A program made the translations under genes and the position numbers. From assembly GCF_035564935.1 (NCBI RefSeq), contig NZ_DATMTE010000013.1:1-43321 (forward strand): a stretch of DNA of 43,321 nt, read 5' to 3'. This stretch comes from Chitinophaga sp. (GTDB lineage: Bacteria > Bacteroidota > Bacteroidia > Chitinophagales > Chitinophagaceae). Of this stretch, positions 15,218 to 27,600 are shown piece by piece. Each line of letters begins with the position of its first letter. The first letter of the stretch is position 1. The notes under the pieces were generated by a model that worked only from the letters and a program-made list of their open reading frames with translations, was not told where the DNA came from and did not search any database.

Positions 15218-17560
15218 CTACCTTTGCAATAGAGGCATAGGTAATAAATGCCGTAATACCAGCACGATCATGAGAGGAACCAATATAAACCAAAGCCCGA
15301 TGCCAATGGCATAGGCATAACTTCCCAGCCAGCTTTCAATGGTAAAATAAGTGACGGGAAAACTCACAAGGCATGCTATAAGGATTAATTTGATCAGTTT
15401 CCGGTAATTGGAAAGCAGGATATCGCCAACATCAGCCCCCAGTATTCTTCGTATAGCAAAACTCCGTGCTTTTTTCTTCATGTAGTAGGAATATACGGCC
15501 CATACCCCGATACCGCTCAGTAACATTGCCAGCACTGTTAATACCACCACCCACTTACCAAACTTCCGGTCTTCGCTGTACTGGGCATTATATGCGTCGC
15601 CAAGAAACTTGTATTCAAAGCCGTATCCCGGGTAAATTTTATTAAATGCTTTTCTTACTGATGCTATCGTTTTATTTAACTCCCCTGGTTTTATCCGGAT
15701 CGAGAAATAGTCGCTCGACCATTTATAGTACCGGAAACAGGCCGGTAATATGTTTTCTTTCAGGGAAACCTGGTTATAGTCGCCAATAACACCTACAATC
15801 TTGTATTCGCGCTCATTGTCAAACCGCACAAATTTCCCTACTGCTTCCTGAATGCTTTTATATCCAAAGGATTTTACAAACGACTCGTTCACCAGGAGGG
15901 AACCCAGTATGTCCGCATTTATTCCTGCAGAAAGATTCCGCCCGGCCAGCAACCGCACTTTATAAGTGTTTAGAAAATCAGGATCTATATGTCCCACTCT
16001 TGTGAGCTTGTGAATATCTGTGTTCTGTGGCGTTATAATATTCGTAGTGGTATATGGCCGCCCGGGATAGGACGAAAACGTGACGTTGATCACTCCGTTG
16101 TCCTGCATGAGTTCATTCTTAAAGGCATCCCCGCTTCTGTTCTCCAGGGGGCGAGCCTCTTCGGGGTTAGCTACCATAATCACATTGTCCAGGTTAATTC
16201 CCAGGTCTTTTGTTGCAACAAACCGGAACTGTTTATAGATAGACATACTGGCTGCTGTTAGTCCTATACAGAAAATGAACTGTACAACAATCAGCGCATT
16301 CCTCAAAAATATGCCGACTGCATCTGCGGTAAGCTTCTTTTTAAATACATCCAGCGGCCGGAAAGAAGACAGCACGAAGGCGGGGAGCAGGCTCGAAGCC
16401 ACCGCCACCACTATCATTATCAGGAGAATGAGGAGGAAATGCCATCCATCAAACATATCTCCCGTGTGGTAGCTCAGTTCAAAAAAAGTATCTACAAAGG
16501 GAAGGAAAATAATACCGATCGCAAATATCAGCCCTATGAGGTTCAGTATAAGCGATTCCATCATAAACTGCACAAACACCTGGTGCCGCTGCGCTCCCAT
16601 GATCTTTCTCATCGCAATATCCTTCCCCCTGTCCAGCGATTTAATGAAAGAAATATTGATAAAGTTGATGGTGGAGATCACCACGATAATTACTGCCACA
16701 ACCAGCAGGAAATTGATCAGGCTGACATTGGCTGTTTTACAGCTCAGGCATTCCACATCGGCCGACTTCAGATGAAAATCCTTCATTTGCTGCAACGTGT
16801 ACATTACTTTTACCTGGGGAAGGAAATTGTAATTGGCCGCATGTAGCCGGGTGAGCTTATTTTCAAGGGACTTTTTGTTTACATTATCCTGTAATACCAG
16901 GTAAAGATGCAGGATGGTATTATCCTTCCAGTTAAAATTCTCTTTTAATCCGGGAAAAGAAGATAAAGAGATCAGTATGTCATAATTGAGCGTGGAATTA
17001 GAAGGAGGGTCCGCGAACACTCCTTTTACAATGAGGTTCTGCCCATCGTAATTGATGATTTTTGTCAGCGGGTCTTCTTCTTTAAACAGTCTTTTGGCGA
17101 AGCGGTCAGAAATAAATACCGTATTGGTCATCCCCAGGTCTTTCACACTACCCCTGAGCAGCGGGAACGTGAAAACATCAAAAAAAGAAGAATCCACATA
17201 CAACGAAAACGTATTGGTTCTGACGATAGTGTTATTATAAGCTACGTTGAGTCCCGGCCAATTTTCAATGGCCCTGGCCCATTTTTCAACTCCCGGCAGC
17301 TCTCCAGCGGCCGGCCCCATTTGCAGTGGCGTTCCCGGTTCTTTTTTCTCCAGACGGCCATATTCGTAGCGGGACATCACCACCCGGTAAATGCTGTTTC
17401 TATTTTCATGGAAATTGTCATAGCCATATTCAAAGAAAACGATCTGGAGGATCTTTATCAATATTGCCATGCTGATGGAAAACCCAGCAATGATGATAAC
17501 GCTGGATAGCATATTATTCCTCGCATTCCTTAAAAATGCACGAAAGTAACTTTTAAACAT
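15218..17560 (-). CDS. MacB/FtsX-family ABC transporter permease (duplicated ~800-aa type); canonical C-terminus lies in another frame ending at 15180
   Basis: YDNFHEN..IYRV, INFINIS..RGKDIAMRKIMGA, RNALIVVQF, KDLG, AIRRILGA and multiple TM segments. Confidence 0.92.
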   Translation of the reverse strand: MFKSYFRAFLRNARNNMLSSVIIIAGFSISMAILIKILQIVFFEYGYDNFHENRNSIYRVVMSRYEYGRLEKKEPGTPLQMGPAAGELPGVEKWARAIENWPGLNVAYNNTIVRTNTFSLYVDSSFFDVFTFPLLRGSVKDLGMTNTVFISDRFAKRLFKEEDPLTKIINYDGQNLIVKGVFADPPSNSTLNYDILISLSSFPGLKENFNWKDNTILHLYLVLQDNVNKKSLENKLTRLHAANYNFLPQVKVMYTLQQMKDFHLKSADVECLSCKTANVSLINFLLVVAVIIVVISTINFINISFIKSLDRGKDIAMRKIMGAQRHQVFVQFMMESLILNLIGLIFAIGIIFLPFVDTFFELSYHTGDMFDGWHFLLILLIMIVVAVASSLLPAFVLSSFRPLDVFKKKLTADAVGIFLRNALIVVQFIFCIGLTAASMSIYKQFRFVATKDLGINLDNVIMVANPEEARPLENRSGDAFKNELMQDNGVINVTFSSYPGRPYTTTNIITPQNTDIHKLTRVGHIDPDFLNTYKVRLLAGRNLSAGINADILGSLLVNESFVKSFGYKSIQEAVGKFVRFDNEREYKIVGVIGDYNQVSLKENILPACFRYYKWSSDYFSIRIKPGELNKTIASVRKAFNKIYPGYGFEYKFLGDAYNAQYSEDRKFGKWVVVLTVLAMLLSGIGVWAVYSYYMKKKARSFAIRRILGADVGDILLSNYRKLIKLILIACLVSFPVTYFTIESWLGSYAYAIGIGLWFILVPLMIVLVLRHLLPMPLLQR

Positions 17561-17639
17561 GATGCTGTTGATGAAATGAGGTCAGTGAAGTGGGTTAATG
17601 AAGGGCATTCATAAATTGGCGTTGTTATAGTGACTGTTT

Positions 17640-18632
17640 TCAAACAGACTGGCTAACCGGATTCCCCATCGCCACCAGGATCCTCCTTTCGCCTTCAAAA
17701 GGCATTCTGCCGTGTGCGAACAACATGTTGTCCAGCAGTAACACATCTCCTTTCTGCCATGGAAAAACAATACGGGATTTTTCATATGCCAGTCTGATTT
17801 CCTCTATCACTTCCTTTTCTATTTCTTCCCCGTCGCCGTAGTAGCTCACAAATGGCAGATCTTCAGGGGGGATCACTTCCAGGATAAATTCTTCCAGTAA
17901 ATGTTTGCTATAAAAGAAAGCGTGATTAAACCATACCTGCTCCCCGCTGTCAGGATGGATTCTGAATGCAGGACGGCTCCATTTCAGCCGCAGATGGTCT
18001 TCAGAAACCCATTCAACCTGATAATTGTTGTCCGTGAGTATTTTTTCCAGCTCTTCCCTGTTGTCGATCTGATAAATTTCCTTCCAGGACATACCCACCC
18101 CGGGCATAATGTTCCTCATATACAACACCCCTTTCCGGTTGAATTTCCGGATCACTTCTTCTTTGAGGAAAGACTTCATTTTTCTCACATCGGCAATGGG
18201 TGTTTCGCCGCCCGATGCTGCCGGAACATCCGCAAAAAAACAGATCCGTTGAGGCCATGGGCTGCCGTAGGAAGACTCTGTGTGCATATTGATGACCTGG
18301 TCATTTGGATGATCAGTTGAAGTGTACACATTTCCCAACACCGCGTGCCGGGGTGAAGTCCGCTGTTTGTATTCAATTTGTTCTTTAAAAATAGCAGGAA
18401 GGATTTCATTAAAACCTGAACTGCCTGCTATTTCAAATCCCCTGAACAACATGGCGCCATAGCTTTGCAAATACTGGTCTACCACTTCTCCCGATTGAGC
18501 CAGCCATTCACTTAGTCGCTGATGGGGCAGCATACTTGTCAAAACCACCGGGAAAACACCTGTTTCTTCCGGCGGATTTATTTCAACTCCATTGTGCAAT
18601 AGCGGTTCCTGGTGGATATTACTGTGATTCAT
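17640..18632 (-). CDS. SyrP-like TauD/TfdA Fe(II)/2-oxoglutarate dioxygenase (probable NRPS-tethered amino-acid beta-hydroxylase)
   Basis: GAMLFRGF, VYTSTDHP, HTESSY, GGETPIAD, WFNHA, DNMLFAHGRMPFEGER. Confidence 0.92.
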   Translation of the reverse strand: MNHSNIHQEPLLHNGVEINPPEETGVFPVVLTSMLPHQRLSEWLAQSGEVVDQYLQSYGAMLFRGFEIAGSSGFNEILPAIFKEQIEYKQRTSPRHAVLGNVYTSTDHPNDQVINMHTESSYGSPWPQRICFFADVPAASGGETPIADVRKMKSFLKEEVIRKFNRKGVLYMRNIMPGVGMSWKEIYQIDNREELEKILTDNNYQVEWVSEDHLRLKWSRPAFRIHPDSGEQVWFNHAFFYSKHLLEEFILEVIPPEDLPFVSYYGDGEEIEKEVIEEIRLAYEKSRIVFPWQKGDVLLLDNMLFAHGRMPFEGERRILVAMGNPVSQSV

Positions 18633-18662
18633 AACATTAATTTTTTAAGTGAACGAATGTAA

Positions 18663-21600
18663 TTACATGGTTTGTATTGGCTGGCGGTAAGAAGTTGTCA
18701 CCACGCTGTCTTCCAGCACTGTGGCTATTTCATGAAATGGTTGTGTGATAAAGATGCCGGCAGGCAACGACACGCCGTAAACCCTTTCTATACGCGACAG
18801 CAACGCAATGAGGGTTATAGAATTACCACCAAGGTTAAAAAAGTAGTCATGCCGCTGTATATTATCTATATTAACGAGTTCTTTCCACAGCCCGGAAAAT
18901 GTAAGCTCAAAAGCACTCATAACTGCCGGGGCTTCTGTATCTGCCGGCGTTTCCAATACATACGCCGATAGCAGTTTCCTATCTGTTTTTCCATTAGTAT
19001 TCACCGGAAGCGTCTCCAGTTTAACATACCGGTCCGGGATCATATACACGGGGATCCTTTCCTGCAGGAACCTCCGAAATTCCGCAGCCGGTATGATGTT
19101 CCCGGCTTTATAAAAACAAATGAGCATGCCATTTCCGCTATTCTCCTGGTACACCACTACCACCTCTGCAATCCTGTTGAACTGCAGCAGGTTGTTTTCT
19201 ATCTCCGCCAGTTCTATTCTGAAACCCCTCACTTTTACCTGCTTATCTTTTCTTCCTGTAAATTCAATTTCACCATCCGGCAACCTCCGGCCAATATCTC
19301 CCGATCTGTAATATCGTTTCTCCCCCGGCAGATCCTTCACAAAAGCCCGGTTGGATTGAGGTATATCGTCCCAATAGCCCAATGCCAGGTAGTCACTCTG
19401 ATAAACGATCTCACCTTCTGCAAATACGGTCGCCGCTGCCCCGGTTTCATCGAGGATAAGTACATCTGTTTCCTCCACAGGACCGCCCACCGGCACAATA
19501 TCCTTATCTACCAGGCTATGTTTATATAGTATTTTCTGCAGAGTTACTGTAGATTCTGTAGGGCCCAGGCCATTAATAAAAATACATTCATCACTAAAAT
19601 GTGCTTTATAGGCCATTACATCCTGGCTATACACCGGCTCTCCTCCCATGACCACATATCTTACCGAAGGCAACAGCATCCCTTCAGGTAAACTTTTATA
19701 CAGTTGCCGGTAAAGATTCGGGACTGAATGATAAATTGAAATGCGGTTTAACACGATCCATTCCTTCAGGTGATGCATACTCGCATGCTTCATAACGTCG
19801 TAGGGATAAAGTGCAGCACCATTCAGCAAGGCGCCTAAAATATCCATAAGCGCCGCATCAAAACAGTAAGTGGAAAACAGCGACAATCTGTCTTCCGGCC
19901 TAATGCCCAGCCGGTTCGTGTACACGCGGCAAAAATGCAATGCGTTTCTGTGCGACTGCACCACCCCTTTGGGCGCTCCCGTGGACCCTGAGGTATATAA
20001 TATATAGGCCGGCTGGTGACAAGACACCTCAAAGCCGGGATTCCCGGTACTTACGGCCGTCAGATCATCTATGCGTACAACCATTCCACCATTCCTTTGC
20101 ACCAGTTCCTGAGCCAATATTTCGTGTTCAGCCGTCGTGATCAGGTAACGCGCATTACAGCTCTTCAATATAAAATCAAGCCGCTTCAGAGGAAAGGTTA
20201 CATCCAGCGGCACATAGGAAAATGATGTTTTCAATACTCCCAGCATGCCCACCACAGCGCTAATCCTGTCCGACAGCAAGAGGGCAATGTTTCCTGAAGC
20301 CTCTTGCCCCGCTGTTTGCCAGATAACATTAGCCACCTGGTTTACCCTCCTGTTGAGTTCATCATACGTTAGCCGTTGTTCTCCATATACGATGGCCGTA
20401 TTAGCAGCATGCGCCAGTACCTGCTGCTCAAATCTTTTTCCGACAGACTGGAATATATCCTGCTTCTGGAATATTTCGCCCGCCGGCCAGGAAGGCTTTT
20501 CCGTTGATGGGGTGTACTGCCGGAACAATTGATAATCGCCAATACACTTTGTTGCATCTTCCGCGATGCTCTCCAGCAACCGGTTTAACTCCTGCAGCAA
20601 ATAGCTGATGGTAGATGCTTTGAACATACGGCGTTTATACACGCACGTTATATCCAGGCCATCATCCTGTTCTGAAATGTAAAAAGACAAAGCATATTTA
20701 GCATAGGACTGACCGGTATCCATCTGGGAAAAGGTCAGTTCAGGGATATCGTTACCCGTAGCAGTTTCAAAGTTGAGATAGTTAAGGAAAATATCAAAAA
20801 GAGGATCTCTTCCCTCTTCCCTGGGTAACTTCAGCTCATCGAGTAGTTGTTCGAACTGATAGTCCGCGTTTTCCATTGCTGAAGACAACCGGTTTTGCAC
20901 TTCCCGCACAAAACCTGTAAATGATTTTCCGGCCTCCGGAAAGTTACGCAAAGGCAACAGGTTCAGGTAAATACCGATTTGATCTGCAAGATCTGCATGA
21001 TTCCGGCACTCAAACGGAATACCTACCACAACGTCCTGCTGGCTGCAACATTTCCCTATCAGTACATTAAATGCAGCCAGGATAATACTGAACATCGTTA
21101 CTTCTTCCTTTACTGCAAGTTCCCGGAGAATTGTGGCATAGGTACCGGAAAGTGTTATACCCGCTCTCTCACCGTCATTTGACCTGTTTCTGCCGGGCGG
21201 AAAATCAAAAGGCAAATTCAGCAACTGCGGCAATTCCTTAAAGGCTTCAAGCCAATAAGCCCGCTCCTGTTGCAGCCGGGAATGGTTCACCACCTGTTGC
21301 TGCCAATTGGAGAAATCTTTATACTGAATAGCCAGAGGCGTCAGTTCTATTCCGTGATACAGATCAATGAAGTCTCTGACAAAGATCATTCCCGAAGTAC
21401 CATCCGCAATAATGTGATGCATATCATGCAGCATAATATGGCTGTTATCCGCCAGTACAACGATACATAGGCGCCATGCAGGCGCTTCGTCCAGCCGGAA
21501 TGGACGTACAAAACGTGTCATCAGCATTTCGGGATCAGGGCACTGACCGGCATAGTCGAGGTATTCTATATTGAAATCAGCTTCCTTTGCCACCATCTGA

Positions 21601-24600
21601 TACATATTCCCGTTCCCGATATGAAAGGTGCTTCTCAGGATTTCATGTCGTTGCTGCAGGGCATACAATGCCTGCTCCAACCTTTCCCTGTCAAGGTTTC
21701 CCGTTACCCTCATCATGGATGGCATGTTGTAACTTAAACTATCAGGATCCAGGCGGCTCAGTGCCAGTAATCTCGCCTGCGCATTTGACAATGTATAGTA
21801 TTCCCGTTTTTCAACCGGCTTAATTGCCCGGAAATAACTGGCCGTTGTTGCTTTGATCAACTGTGCCTGCTCTTTTAGTGTAGGCGCATGCAGTACCTGC
21901 CGTACCTCCAGTTTCACATTAAATGCCTTCATTATTCTTGAAACCAGCATGATAGAGCGTATCGACTGTCCGCCCAGTTCATAAAAATTATCCCGCAGTG
22001 AAATGGTGTCTGCAGCCTTCTGCAGAATACCGGCCCAGATTTCACGCAACTGCTGCGTTACTCCATCCATTATTTCCGGGATACCTGCTGTTTCGGGATG
22101 CTGTTGCTGTACAGTCACCGGATCCGGTAGTTTTTTCCTGTCTACTTTCCCGTTGATGTTCAACGGTATCTGGTCCATACGGACAAAGTATGACGGCACC
22201 ATATATTCAGGCAAACACCGGGCGGCAAACCGGATGAATGTTTGATGATCAATCGGAATATCCGACCTGTAGTAGGCGACGATAGCAATGCTTCCGTCTT
22301 CCATCTTCCGCGTATCTATATGTAATCCGATAATGCCGTCCATTGCAGCCAACTGGCCGGCCACCTGCTTCAATTCAACCCTGTAGCCCCTGATCTTTAC
22401 CTGGTCATCCATTCTCCCGAGATATGCCAGTTCTCCGTTTTCAAGGAATTTCCCTTTGTCGCCGGTCCTGTAAACCCTTAGCCCGTTCAGCCCGGGAACC
22501 ACCACGAACTTCCGTAGGCTTTGTTCCTGATCGGTATATCCCTGTGCCAGCTGCACACCGGCAATACAAAGCTCTCCTTCAACACCAACCGGCAGCAGGT
22601 TGCCATAACGGTCCAATACCAATACCGACACGTTGTCTATCGGTACGCCAATACCGATGTCTGTCATATCCCCGCTGATCTCCTTGATACAACAACCTAC
22701 GGTTGCCTCCGTAGGGCCGTATTCGTTATAAACCGCCATATCCGGCCTGAGATGTCTTAATATGGCAATATGTCCGGCCAGTAGCTCTTCCCCGCCCAGT
22801 ATCACAGCTGATACCCCGGTACTTTGAATATTCAGATGGGAGAGTATATTCACATGGGAAGGCGTCAGTTTAATAAAGTTAATGCCTGACGATACATTAA
22901 AAACATCGCTGAGTATGTCTGAAATATCCCTGTCGTGCCCATAAACAACCAGCTTATCACCCCGGAGCAGTGTGGAGAATATACAGGTCAGGGTAAAATC
23001 AAACGAAACAGGCGTAAAAAGTCCCATTACCATCCCATCCCCGTCCTTGCAGTAAAAGTTATTGGCCCAGTTCAGGTAATTCATAAATGCATCCTGACCA
23101 ATCATCACTCCCTTCGGCCTTCCGGTAGAACCGGAGGTATAAATAATATACGCCAAATCACTACCTGAAACGGGTGCCGGTAAAACCGCCTGGTTGTCAG
23201 GCGTCATGTCTTCCGCTGTTTCCACATAAACCGGGCATGCTACTTTATCATGGTATTTCCCGTAAAAATCATTGTCTGCTATTACCAGGCTCACACCGGC
23301 ATCTTTCAATATGAAACGGATCAACTCTTCCGGTAAATCAGGATCCAGCGGTACAAAAACAAGGTTCAGCCGCAGCAGGGCCAGCAGGCCGACGATCAGG
23401 CCCGGAGATCTTTTCATTGCAACAGCCACCCTGTTTTGGGGATGCAGAGAAAAGCGGCCTGCCAGCAGGCCCGACAGCGCATCAACACGGTTCACCAGCT
23501 GTCCGTAGTTAATGATATCCTCCCCAAAAACCAATGCTGTGTACTGACTGCGGGCTTCGGCCATTTTTACAAATTTCTGATAGAACATCTCTTTCTCCGG
23601 TTGCCGGCCCGCGCCCGAAAATCTTTTAATAACAGCTTCCTGTTCTGTTTCTCCTACCAGCTTTAAATCATGGGAATTTGTCATGATCTGGCGAACGAGC
23701 GTCATAAAGCCATCTATGAATCTTGCTATCGTCTTCTCTCTAAAACACGCAGTATTATATTCGAAATCAAAATGAATATGATCTTCCTCTTGTTCAATAT
23801 ACAGTCCGAGTTTAAACTTTGCCGCGCCTCCCCTGAGCGGCAGTAACTCCCAGCCTGTCGCCTCTTCGGGGGCATTTTGCCGGCCGGCTGTATAAAAAGA
23901 ACAGGCCACATCAAAAAGCAGGTTACCCGTTGCCGGCAGTTCCACATGCAGCTTCTCCGCCAGCTCGTCATAAGGATATGCCCCGTGCTCCATGGTATTT
24001 ATCAGCCTGTCACCGGTTGCTTTAACAAATGCGCGGAAATTGATTTTTTCCGCGACTTTTACTCTTACCGGCAACATATTAATGATCGGACCTGCCACCA
24101 GTTCCTCATCCACCTGTTCTCTTCCGCTTTGGGTAACACCGATGATCAATTCTTCCTGATCTGCCATCCTGGATAAAAGGACTGAAAAAACAGCGAAGCA
24201 CACAGTAAACAACGTAACACCTTCCTCTTCTGCTAATGCGGCCAGGAAACGGCTCTGGTCAGAAGTCAGCGAAAAACGCAGATTACTGCCGTTATACCTG
24301 TTATCTGCCAGCTCAAAATCATATGGCAGATTGATTACCGGCACGCCCCCACTCAACTGATCTGTCCAATAGGCTTCTGCCGCAGACATTGCGGCTGAAT
24401 CTTTTTCCCGGTATTGCCATTCGCAGTAATCTTTATACTGTATCCGTTTCTTTTCCACCATATGACCGGATAGTAGCGCCGCAAAATCATCCATCAGCAA
24501 CCGGATGGAAAATCCGTCCGCTATGATATGGTGTAGGTCAACAAACAGCCGGCGTTCGCCATTCCGCCCCTTTAATAATCCCAACCTCATCAGCGGTCCG

Positions 24601-27600
24601 CGGGAGAGATCGAACGGCTTTACCAGGTCTTCCGGCTCCCCGTCATAATACCTTAGCGGTAACGCTGTTACTGCCGTTAGCTGTTGTACCGGTTCATCAT
24701 TCGCTACAATAAACTGCGTTCTCAGAATTTCGTGCACTGCTGTCAGCGAACGGAATAGTTCCGGAATTGCAGCATCATCCACCTCCCCTGTCAAACGGAA
24801 TAAAAACGGGATATTATATGCTGTTGATTCCGGATGATTCACCTGCCAGAAGTATATCCTGCGTTGTGCCGGCGACAACCGGTAGTACTCTTTTAACTCT
24901 GCCGGAGGAATCGTTTTTACTGACAATTGAGGAACCGATTGTTCCAAAAAAGCTGCAGCATCCCTGATGGTGGGATGTTTGAAAAATTCCATCAAAGGGT
25001 AAACCACCTGGTATTTTTCCTTTAGCCTGGATAAAATGGCGATAGCCATAATAGAATGACCACCCAACTGAAAAAAACTTGTCTCCGTTCCGATCAGTTC
25101 TTTGTCTGTTCCCAGCACCTCAGCCCACAGCTCCTGCAACGCTATTTCATATTTTGATACCGGTGCAGTATATGTTTGCGATCTTCTGATATCCGGTATG
25201 GGTAAACGTTTCCTGTCCACTTTTCCATTGGGTGTCAGGAAAATCTCTTTCATCTCTATAAAGAAATCAGGGACCATATATTCCGGCAGTGTCCTTCCGA
25301 GCTTTTCCCTCAGGGAGGATGCTTCCACTGGTTGATGGCAAACGTAGTAGGCACATAATGTGCTGCCGTTCCTGGTATCCTGTGCTACCACCACTGTTTC
25401 AGTAATACCGGGAATACTTCGCAGCTGATGTTCTATTTCACCCGGTTCTATCCGGTACCCACGTATTTTTAACTGGTGGTCCATCCTCCCCAGGAACTCC
25501 ACATTGCCGTCTTTAGACCATCTCGCCAGGTCTCCTGTACGGTAAACTCTTTGTTGCAATACCTCGTTGAAAACGAATTTGAGAGAAGTAAGCGCTTCAT
25601 TATTCAGGTATCCTGCTGCCAGATTTTCCCCGCCAATACAAAGTTCCCCTATGGTTCCAACAGGTTGCTGAAGGCCATGTTCATTGAGAATATGCAGGCT
25701 GGTATTATAGATAGGCTTTCCGATAGGAATTGCTTCATAATGATCTTCATGATAACATTCAAAACACGTAACATCTACCGTTGCTTCTGTGGGCCCATAC
25801 AAATTTATCAGCCTGGCGCCAAAGCGGGCCCTGATTGTACGGTTGAATTTATTAACCAGATCCGGCAACAGCGCCTCACCACTGGCAAAAACCCATTTCA
25901 GGGAAGCTGATTTCAGATCGGCGGCAGCGCCGGTAAAAGCGTTCAGCATGGCAGGCACAAAGTGAATAACTGAAACAGCATCCCTTTCCAGGTAAGAGAA
26001 AATAGCATAGGGGTCTTTTTCAAGCCCATACGGCAAAACAGATACCGTACAACCGGCAACAGCCCACCAGTATATTTCCCAAACCGATACATCAAAACTG
26101 ACTGGTGTTTTGTGAAGTATTACATCCGTATCATCAAGTGCATAACGGTGTTGCATCCAATAAATACGGTTTAATAACGAGTGATGACGGATCATTACGC
26201 CTTTGGGGGTTCCGGTTGAACCGGAAGTATAGATCACATAGGCAAGATCATCCCCATACAATGTAGTTGCGGTATCCGCAGTATCTTCAAAAACATGCAG
26301 GTCCAGATCAATAACATCCGGGAAAACCGGCAGGTACCTGCCGGAAGTCATCACTATTTTTGCCTGGCTGTCTTTCAGCATAAATGCCGCTCTCTCTGCA
26401 GGCAGGGAGGGGCTTACCGGCATATATGCGGCGCCTGCTTTCAGTACCGCGAAAACAGACAGCAGAAAGGGGACTCCCCTTTCCATGTAAAGTGCAACGA
26501 TATCGTTCCGGCCAATCCCTTTTTCTGTCAGCGCCCTTGCGAGACTATTGGTGCGGGCATGGAACATCCCGTATGTCATGTCTTCATGGTCACCGCGTAC
26601 CGCAATTTTCCCCGGATTTTTTTTCACCTGGTCATAAAAGAAATCCAGCACTGTGCGCCCGCGTTCAAATGCAAAGGCGGTATCATTGAAGCCGGCTATA
26701 AGGAATTTCTCTTCATCAGATATCAGTGGTATCCGGCCAAGGGTAATATCCGGTTGCCGGAGCACGCATTCCAGCATCCTGAGATAAAAACCGGAAAAAC
26801 GTGCGATGGTATCTGCTGTAAAAAGGGACGTTGCATATTCGAAACGAAGCTGAAAGCCGGAAGCGGTTTCGTCTACAAAAAGACTAAGATCCAGTTTGGA
26901 GGATGTATTTTCCACGTCGCTGTCCTGCAATGCAAACCCGATATCGTCCCTGCTAATACTGCCCTGCACATCCGCTGCAAACATTACGTCGAACAGGGGG
27001 TTCCGGCTAACTTCCCGCGTTATCCTGAGCTGATTTATCAACTCCTCGTAAGGGTATTCCTGATGCCCGAGCGCATCAATCACCTTACGTTTTATATACG
27101 CTAAATAATCGTTGTATTTCAAATAGGGGTCCGGCTTCAGGCGCAACGGCAGGGTATTGATAAACACTCCCGTCATTTTATGCAATGCCGGCACGGTGCG
27201 TCCGCTAACTGGTGTCCCTATAACGATATCCGTTTGATAACTTAACCTGGATAAGAAAATGCTGAAAACAGAGAGAAAATACATGTAGGCTGTGACCCCT
27301 TCTTCTGCCATTCGCCTCCTGATATCTATCGCAGTTAAGTTATCTATATTTACAACAAGGGTTGCGCCTTTATAGGATTTAACTTCCGGACGTTTAAAGT
27401 CTGCCGGTATATCGAGTACCGGTACCGTTTCCACAAATTCTTGCAGCCAGTACTGCTGCTGATGCGCTAATGCCCCTGTACTGATCCTGTGCCTGTGCCA
27501 CATTACGAAGTCCTTATACTGAAGCCCGGGTTTCTCGGGTTCAGCATCGGCATATAGCTGGATAAATTCATTCGCCAGGTTATTAAAAGAAATGGCATCT

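Noticed and set aside
17640-18632. Taurine catabolism (tauD) or a definite siderophore assignment
   Set aside because: Motifs are SyrP-like and the gene sits in an NRPS operon. No Asp-type A pocket, Orn N-hydroxylase or TonB receptor is visible in the window, so a siderophore role is unsupported though not excluded.
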